Part shown: positions 58,822-64,000 of the stretch, piece after piece
How the letters are laid out: each line of letters starts with the position of its first letter
Position numbering within the stretch: position 1 is the first letter of the stretch
Assembly (NCBI GenBank): GCA_046160545.1
Contig: JBJXGS010000322.1
Location: forward strand, 23,408-87,407
Length of the DNA stretch: 64,000 bases
Reading direction: 5' to 3'
Origin: Burkholderiales bacterium
GTDB lineage: Bacteria; Pseudomonadota; Gammaproteobacteria; Burkholderiales; JAEUOS01
Notes under the pieces: generated by a model
The model's input: the letters and a program-made list of their open reading frames with translations, nothing else
Told to the model about the DNA's origin: nothing
Databases searched by the model: none
Made by a program: the position numbers and the translations under genes

Positions 58822-61185
58822 GTGCGCTTGGCCTACTGCGGATTCGCCATTGGCTGCGCCTGGGTGCAGACACTGGCTGCCCTCCCCGGGCCTCGCAGCA
58901 TGCTGGCTGTCGCATTGCTCGCGGCTGCCGCCCTCGTTGTCGCATATCACGCCGAACGTGCAGCACCGCGCGTAGCAATGCTGACCCTCGGTGGCATTGC
59001 ACTGGGCTTTATTTGGGCGACAGGCATGGCGCAATGGCGCCTCGCCGACCGCCTCGACCCAGCCTGGGAGGGTCGTGACATCGACCTGGTGGGAGTGGTG
59101 GCTTCGCTGCCACAGGTGCAGGAGCGCGGAGTGCGCTTCGAGTTCGCGGTTGAACATGTGCAGACTCCCGGTGCCGTGGTACCAAAACGCATTCTTTTGG
59201 GCTGGTACGCCCCGGGTACGGCGGAGGACCCCGCAGCGCTGCCCCCGGTCAAGGCAGGCCAGCGCCGCGCGCTGCGCGTGCGCCTGAAACTGCCGCATGG
59301 CAGCGCCAATCCGCACGGCTTCGACTATGAAGCCTGGCTGCTCGAGCGTGGCATTCGCGCCACCGGACTGGTGCGCCCGCCGCGCGATACGCGCTCTGGC
59401 ACCGATCCCACCTTGCTCGCGCCGTTCGTCACTGCGCCCGGCACCTTAATCGACGCCGCACGCGAGGGCATTCGCGAACGCATGCAAGCCACACTCGAAG
59501 GCGCCGCCCATGGCGGGGTACTGATCGCACTGGCCATCGGTGACCAGCGCGCCATCGACAGCGACGACTGGAAGACCTTCATGCGCACCGGCGTTGGTCA
59601 CCTGATGAGCATCTCCGGCCTGCACGTGACCATGATCGGCAGCCTGGCGGGATGGCTGGTCGCGACACTTTGGCGGCGCTTTGCGCGACTGGCGCTGGCA
59701 CTACCTGCACAGCGGGCGGGTATCGCAGCCGGGTTTGCTGCCGCTTTTGCCTATTGCCTGCTGGCCGGATTCGCGGTGCCGGCACAGCGCACGCTCTACA
59801 TGCTCGCTGTGGCCGCATGGGCGTTGTGGCGCGGCTGGTTTGGCGCTCCTACCCGTGTGCTCGCCATCGCGCTGGTGCTGGTGTGCATCATCGACCCCTG
59901 GGCACCACTCGCGCCGGGCTTCTGGCTGTCGTTTGGCGCGGTGGCACTTCTGTTGCTAGCCGCGTTGCCAAACGAGCGCCGTCATTGGTTGGCGCGCGCA
60001 GCCAGCGCCCAGGTGGCTGTCACGCTCGGCCTGGTGCCGCTCACGCTGGCCCTGTTCCAGCAGGTCTCGCTGGCGGGCCCGTTGGCAAACGCGATCGCAA
60101 TCCCGGTCGTGAGCTTCATTGTTACTCCCCTGGCGCTGGTGGCCGCGCTGCTGCCCGTGCCGGGCATCGCCACCCACGCCCACGAGATTCTGGTGCTGCT
60201 GATGCTTCCTCTGGAAGCGCTTTCGGCACTCGATTGGGCGATTTGGCAACGCGGCGCGGCACCGATGTGGACGATACTGCTGGCCGTCGCCGGAGCACTC
60301 TGGTGTCTCATCCCCTGGTGGTGGCACTGGCGGGTACTGGGCCTGGTCTGGATGCTGCCTCTGCTGGTGTATCCGACCGCGCGCCCCGCACCCGGCGATC
60401 TGTGGCTCACCGTGCTCGATGTCGGCCAGGGACTCGCGGTCGTCGCACGTACCACCCACCACACCCTGTTGTTCGATACCGGACCGCGCTACACCCCAGA
60501 GGCCGACAGCGGCAACCGCATCGTAGTGCCCTACCTGCGTGGCGAAGGGATCGTGCGCCTCGAAGGCATGATTGTCAGTCACGACGACAACGACCACAGC
60601 GGCGGTGCCATCTCGACCATGCAGGCGGTGGTACCGGACTGGTTGGCGTCCCCCCTGCCGGATGATCACCCTGTCGCTGCAGTCGCGCCCGCGCGACGGC
60701 GCTGTCTGGCCGGTGACATCTGGCAGTGGGACGGGGTTAGCTTCGAGTTTCTGCATCCTTCCGTGCAGGACTACGCCCGGCTAGGCAAGATCAGCGACAA
60801 CTCGCGCAGCTGCGTCCTGCGCATTACCGCGCACGGGCGCAGCGCCTTGTTGCCGGCAGATATCGAACGCGACGTCGAGACGCGCCTGGCCACTGACCCG
60901 GAGCGCATCAAGAGCACGGTCCTGGTTGTTCCGCACCACGGCAGCCGCAGTTCATCGACACCGGATTTCATATCGGCCGTTGCGCCGGAGATCGCCATCG
61001 TCGCCGCCGGCTACCGCAACCGCTTTCGCCACCCGGCCCCCGAAGTCGTCGAGCGTTATGCGGCACGCGGGACTCGTCTGTTGCGGACCGATCAGGGAGG
61101 TGCGGTGCGCGTCGACTTCACCAATGACGGCATCGCGACCCGCACCTGGCGCGAGGAGCGCCCGCGATACTGGACCGGGCGGTAG
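58822..61185 (+). CDS. comEC: DNA internalisation competence protein ComEC/Rec2 (with C-terminal MBL domain)
   Basis: GTG start. Polytopic membrane core with LMSISGLHV. MBL domain VLDVGQGLAV ... SHDDNDHSGG ... VVPHHGS. Confidence 0.9.
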   Translation: MRLAYCGFAIGCAWVQTLAALPGPRSMLAVALLAAAALVVAYHAERAAPRVAMLTLGGIALGFIWATGMAQWRLADRLDPAWEGRDIDLVGVVASLPQVQERGVRFEFAVEHVQTPGAVVPKRILLGWYAPGTAEDPAALPPVKAGQRRALRVRLKLPHGSANPHGFDYEAWLLERGIRATGLVRPPRDTRSGTDPTLLAPFVTAPGTLIDAAREGIRERMQATLEGAAHGGVLIALAIGDQRAIDSDDWKTFMRTGVGHLMSISGLHVTMIGSLAGWLVATLWRRFARLALALPAQRAGIAAGFAAAFAYCLLAGFAVPAQRTLYMLAVAAWALWRGWFGAPTRVLAIALVLVCIIDPWAPLAPGFWLSFGAVALLLLAALPNERRHWLARAASAQVAVTLGLVPLTLALFQQVSLAGPLANAIAIPVVSFIVTPLALVAALLPVPGIATHAHEILVLLMLPLEALSALDWAIWQRGAAPMWTILLAVAGALWCLIPWWWHWRVLGLVWMLPLLVYPTARPAPGDLWLTVLDVGQGLAVVARTTHHTLLFDTGPRYTPEADSGNRIVVPYLRGEGIVRLEGMIVSHDDNDHSGGAISTMQAVVPDWLASPLPDDHPVAAVAPARRRCLAGDIWQWDGVSFEFLHPSVQDYARLGKISDNSRSCVLRITAHGRSALLPADIERDVETRLATDPERIKSTVLVVPHHGSRSSSTPDFISAVAPEIAIVAAGYRNRFRHPAPEVVERYAARGTRLLRTDQGGAVRVDFTNDGIATRTWREERPRYWTGR

Positions 61186-61231
61186 GAAGAGTGCGAGCCC
61201 AAGACAACGCGATCGACTTCAGCAAGGCCGC

Positions 61232-61966
61232 CTATTTCGGCAGCGCCCCCTCAGACCCCGCCGGCGGCATGGCCTTCAGGTACGCCGGTCGTGCGGCAAT
61301 ACGTGCATACCAGTCGGCCACACGCGGTCTGGCCTCGACCAGATGAAACAACTCGACCCGCACCAGGCGCTGAACATAGGGCGCCACGTCGATGTCAGCC
61401 ATGCTGAAGGGCTCTCCCGCGAGCCATGGCCCTTCGGCCAAGGCCCGCTCCATGCGTACGGTCATCTCGGTCAGTTGCGCGATCGAGGGCGCAAGTTCGG
61501 CAGACCCGATACCCTCTCCGGCGGCGCGCTTCCAGCGTGCACGTACCGACGGATTCGGAATCCGCTCAACCAGCGCGGCAGCTTCGGCCGGGTCCATCCG
61601 CGCCAGCGCCGGAGCGATGTTCCTGGCGAACGACGGCAGCTTGATCGCATGGGTCAGGACTTCGTCGGAGTAGCGGGTCCAGAGGCGCATGCGCACCCGC
61701 GCAAACGGGTCGCGCGGCGCGAGCGGCACCTCAGGGTAGGCATCCTCGAGATACTCATTGATGATGCGCGACTCCACGATCAGCTGTCCGCGGTCGCGCA
61801 GGACAGGCACCATCGCCTGCGGATTTAACGCAAGGAACTCCGGTCGCAACTGGTCGAAATTGCGCAGGTCCAGGTGGTGACCTGTCCACGCGAGGCCCTT
61901 CTCCTCGAGTGCGATGCGCACCTTTTGCGAGCAGGTGGAATGCGTGCTATGCCACAGTTCGATCAT
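61232..61966 (-). CDS. glutathione S-transferase family protein
   Basis: ATG at 61966 with GGAGG upstream. Thioredoxin-like N-domain (MVPVL ... ESRIINEYLED) and a helical C-domain. The upstream part of the track ORF is Arg-rich off-frame sequence. Confidence 0.85.
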   Translation of the reverse strand: MIELWHSTHSTCSQKVRIALEEKGLAWTGHHLDLRNFDQLRPEFLALNPQAMVPVLRDRGQLIVESRIINEYLEDAYPEVPLAPRDPFARVRMRLWTRYSDEVLTHAIKLPSFARNIAPALARMDPAEAAALVERIPNPSVRARWKRAAGEGIGSAELAPSIAQLTEMTVRMERALAEGPWLAGEPFSMADIDVAPYVQRLVRVELFHLVEARPRVADWYARIAARPAYLKAMPPAGSEGALPK

Positions 61967-62772
61967 CTCGTCACCTCCGCTTGAACCGCGGCTGCCGCCC
62001 TCACCAGAGGCACCAGGCAGGACTGCAAGGCCTGCGCGGCATCGCATCGGCCCGCGTCCCAGACGCAGCTGACGCACGCGAGAACGCCGTCGTGTCCCAG
62101 GACCGGCACCGCAAACGCCGACAGATGCGCATCGGAATCGGCATCGGGCCCACTGTAGAGCGGGTCGCGCAACCCATAGCCGCGCTCGCGCACCAGGGCC
62201 AGTTCGTGCAGCAGAGCGATCCGGCGTGCCTGAACTGAAGCACCTGCCGGGATCAGTTGCGCAAGGAGCTCGTCTCTTTCGGGTGTTCCTGAGAAGGCGA
62301 GCCAGGTGCGCCCCATCGCCGAGCGGAGCATGTCGACTTCGCGCCCAACCACGACGCGCCGCCATGCCTTGCCGAAGCGGGCGCGGTTGCTGGCAACAAC
62401 GCGCATTTTCGGCCCATGGCGAACCGCCGCGTCGGACGGCCACGGCATGGCGTGAGCAAGCCCCGTCAACGCGTGGTCGAGGTATGCCAGCAAGGGCCGA
62501 CGAGCGGTCCTGCCCGCTTCCGAGGCCTTCGATCGAGCTGGCGGCGCACCCGAGCGCCGCACATGACCCGCCGGGCAGGCGATCCACTCCCCATTCCCGT
62601 CGATTCTTTGCGCCTCCCCGCACAGCTCAAGGGTGGCCAGGATCCTCAGCAAGGATGCCTTGGGAATGCCTGTGGCGCGATGAAGGTCCGCCAGGCCCGT
62701 GGTGCTGCCAGCCATCAGGAGGCGTCTGACCGCGAGTCCGCGCGTGAGGCCGTTGATCGTCTTGACACTCAC
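61963..62772 (-). CDS. IclR-family transcriptional regulator
   Basis: GTG at 62772 gives MSVKTINGLTRGLAVRRLL ... TGLADLHRATGIPKASLLRILATLE (wHTH) plus a C-terminal effector domain. Its stop overlaps the GST ATG (ATGA). The start is uncertain. Confidence 0.72.
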   Translation of the reverse strand: MSVKTINGLTRGLAVRRLLMAGSTTGLADLHRATGIPKASLLRILATLELCGEAQRIDGNGEWIACPAGHVRRSGAPPARSKASEAGRTARRPLLAYLDHALTGLAHAMPWPSDAAVRHGPKMRVVASNRARFGKAWRRVVVGREVDMLRSAMGRTWLAFSGTPERDELLAQLIPAGASVQARRIALLHELALVRERGYGLRDPLYSGPDADSDAHLSAFAVPVLGHDGVLACVSCVWDAGRCDAAQALQSCLVPLVRAAAAVQAEVTR

Positions 62773-62797
62773 AAAGTCCGATCGCCTTATGCAAGCC

Positions 62798-62814
62798 GTT
62801 TCACCAAGTGAAAC
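62798..62814. promoter_or_regulatory. perfect palindrome, candidate operator in the IclR / MBL-hydrolase divergent region
   Basis: GTTTCAC-CAA-GTGAAAC (7-bp arms, 3-nt spacer). Lies 26 nt upstream of the IclR start and 67 nt upstream of the MBL ATG. Confidence 0.5.
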
Positions 62815-62880
62815 GATACCTTGCGCGCGTACGATGTCAACCCCTATTGTTTGGACTCTGGTATGCATAGGGGAAACAAA

Positions 62881-63783
62881 ATGGCCGAACCCGTCAGAAT
62901 AACCATGCTCGGCACCGGCGCCGCACTCGCCGATCCTGATCGCGGCCATGCCTCCGTGCTCGTCAGCGCTGGCCCGCGTCACTATCTGCTCGACATCGGG
63001 CACGGCGCCACCCGGCAACTGGTGCGCGCCAATGTCAACCCGGCCGATGTCGATCATGTCTTCATCAGCCATTTGCACTTTGACCACATGGAAGACTCGG
63101 CGTACTTCCTGATCGCCTCGTGGATGGCCAACCGCCGTGTCAAGCCAACCATCTTCGGACCGCCGGGCACCCGTGACTTCATCGATCACCTGCTCGAAAA
63201 TGGCGCCTTCAAGCTCGACATCGCGGCGCGCGCGCGATATCGCCAGCGCGCCGAGTCCATGGAGATGATCCGGCCGGCAGTAGTCGAGTTCGGACCCGGC
63301 CTCATCTACGCCGACGAGCACATCCGTGTCCATGCGGACTACGTGGACCACATCGAACCGGAGATCCTGCACTGCTTCGGTTTTCGAGTCGAGGTTCAGG
63401 ATCGGGTCATCGCCTATTCGGGCGATACCAAGCCCTGCGACACCATGCGCCGCTTCGCCGCCGGCTGCGATCTCCTGATCCACGAATGCACCTTTCCCGA
63501 AGAAGCGCTGGAATTTCGTGCCCGGACACAGATCGGCACCAATGACCATACGAGTCCGCTGGAACTGGGAAAACTCGCGGCCGACGCCGGAGTCAAGGAA
63601 CTCGTGGCAACTCACTTCGGCCACTTCGACACCACCAATCCCGTCCTCAAGGGTTTCCTGCAGCATCACATGCCCATAGAACTCGTGGGACCCAGCTTCA
63701 TGGACAGCGTGGTTCGCGATATCCGCAAGAACTATTCGGGCCCGCTGCATCTGGCGCGCGACCTGATGCGCATCGACCTGTAG
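62881..63783 (+). CDS. MBL-fold metallo-hydrolase (RNase Z / AtsA-ElaC-like subgroup)
   Basis: ATG at 62881. ITMLGTGAALADPDRGHASVLV ... LLDIGHG and the HxHxDH motif SHLHFDH. Confidence 0.85.
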   Translation: MAEPVRITMLGTGAALADPDRGHASVLVSAGPRHYLLDIGHGATRQLVRANVNPADVDHVFISHLHFDHMEDSAYFLIASWMANRRVKPTIFGPPGTRDFIDHLLENGAFKLDIAARARYRQRAESMEMIRPAVVEFGPGLIYADEHIRVHADYVDHIEPEILHCFGFRVEVQDRVIAYSGDTKPCDTMRRFAAGCDLLIHECTFPEEALEFRARTQIGTNDHTSPLELGKLAADAGVKELVATHFGHFDTTNPVLKGFLQHHMPIELVGPSFMDSVVRDIRKNYSGPLHLARDLMRIDL

Positions 63784-63806
63784 GCCATCCCCCAAGGAGA
63801 CCACTC

Positions 63807-64000
63807 ATGTTCCGCACCTTCCTGGTGACCGCCCTTTGCGGTGTGCTCGTGACCGTTTCGCCGACCCCGGGTGCGCAGACCTGGCCCGACCGGCCGATCA
63901 AGTGGATCGTTCCTTACGGACCCGGCGCGATGGGTGACACTGTCGCCCGCGTTCTGGCCGAGGAATTGCGCTCATCGCTCGGCCAGCCGGTCGTGGTCGA
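63807..64000 (+). CDS. Bug-family (TctC-like) tripartite tricarboxylate transporter substrate-binding protein, N-terminal part; 3' end outside the window
   Basis: AAGGAGA RBS. Signal peptide followed by WPDRPIKWIVPYGPGAMGD, typical of Bug proteins. Confidence 0.8.
   Translation, partial: MFRTFLVTALCGVLVTVSPTPGAQTWPDRPIKWIVPYGPGAMGDTVARVLAEELRSSLGQPVVV

Noticed and set aside
59652-60665. 337-aa alternative-frame ORF inside comEC
   Set aside because: The translation is extremely Arg/Gly/Ala-rich. The comEC frame carries the competence and MBL motifs.
61967-62623. N-terminal extension of the 463-aa minus-strand ORF containing the GST
   Set aside because: The extension is Arg/Gly/Ala/Pro-rich and overlaps the IclR gene in another frame. 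The GST domain starts at ATG 61966, which has a GGAGG RBS.
62773-63804. N-terminal ~340 aa of the 613-aa minus-strand ORF (61963-63804)
   Set aside because: This part is antisense to the MBL-hydrolase gene and has no domain signature. Only the C-terminal 269 aa, from GTG 62772, form an IclR-type protein of normal length.
1-64000. CRISPR arrays, IS elements, integrases, prophage or known defence-system genes
   Set aside because: I found no regularly spaced repeats, no transposase, integrase or recombinase-like translations, and no nuclease/helicase/ATPase clusters of defence type on either strand.

Overview
High-GC (roughly two-thirds G+C by eye) betaproteobacterial-type chromosomal segment. 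Gene order and DUF content look Burkholderiales-like, but that is inference only. I can support about 70 protein genes and one tRNA-Leu(UAG). I found no rRNA, CRISPR array, IS element, integrase, phage gene or recognisable defence gene.

Most of the window is conserved housekeeping synteny:
- maf with an RsmI-like methyltransferase, divergent from yceD-rpmF-plsX-fabH-fabD-fabG-acpP-fabF
- rpoE-rseA-rseB-degP
- lepA-lepB-DUF4845-rnc-era-recO-pdxJ-acpS-nagZ
- (conserved hypothetical)-alkA-like-accA-tilS
- ndk-rlmN-pilW-rodZ-ispG-hisS-yfgM-bamB
- tRNA-Leu-tig-clpP-clpX-lon
- mltG-tmk-holB-pilZ-tatD-ankyrin (minus strand)
- ygfZ-DUF4936-NRDE, then comEC

Accessory or less ordinary parts:
- an 8-kb block (20150-28114) with a VanA-like Rieske oxygenase, a stand-alone 2Fe-2S ferredoxin, a five-gene HAAT-type ABC importer, an extradiol-type VOC protein and a dienelactone hydrolase
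- an orphan PP2C phosphatase divergent from a conserved hypothetical gene that is coupled to an AlkA-like glycosylase
- the hpnCDE squalene module abutting bamB
- an orphan REC-TPR protein
- an IclR-GST pair divergent from an MBL-hydrolase/Bug-SBP pair

I do not see a convincing multi-gene new system. The observations most worth a second look are:
- an unlisted 41-codon lipoprotein mini-gene with its own promoter, a 13-15 nt Shine-Dalgarno and an intrinsic terminator, sitting directly upstream of hpnC
- the reductase-less Rieske/ferredoxin pair
- the PP2C / hypothetical-alkA locus
- a REC domain with Arg at the CheY-D13-equivalent position
- a sharp intragenic GC drop in the ankyrin gene
- an AT-rich hairpin at the tmk/holB junction

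Many long ORFs in the supplied track are antisense or off-frame artefacts of high GC and were rejected. Several start codons were moved to internal ATG/GTG/TTG codons, as stated in each feature's evidence.
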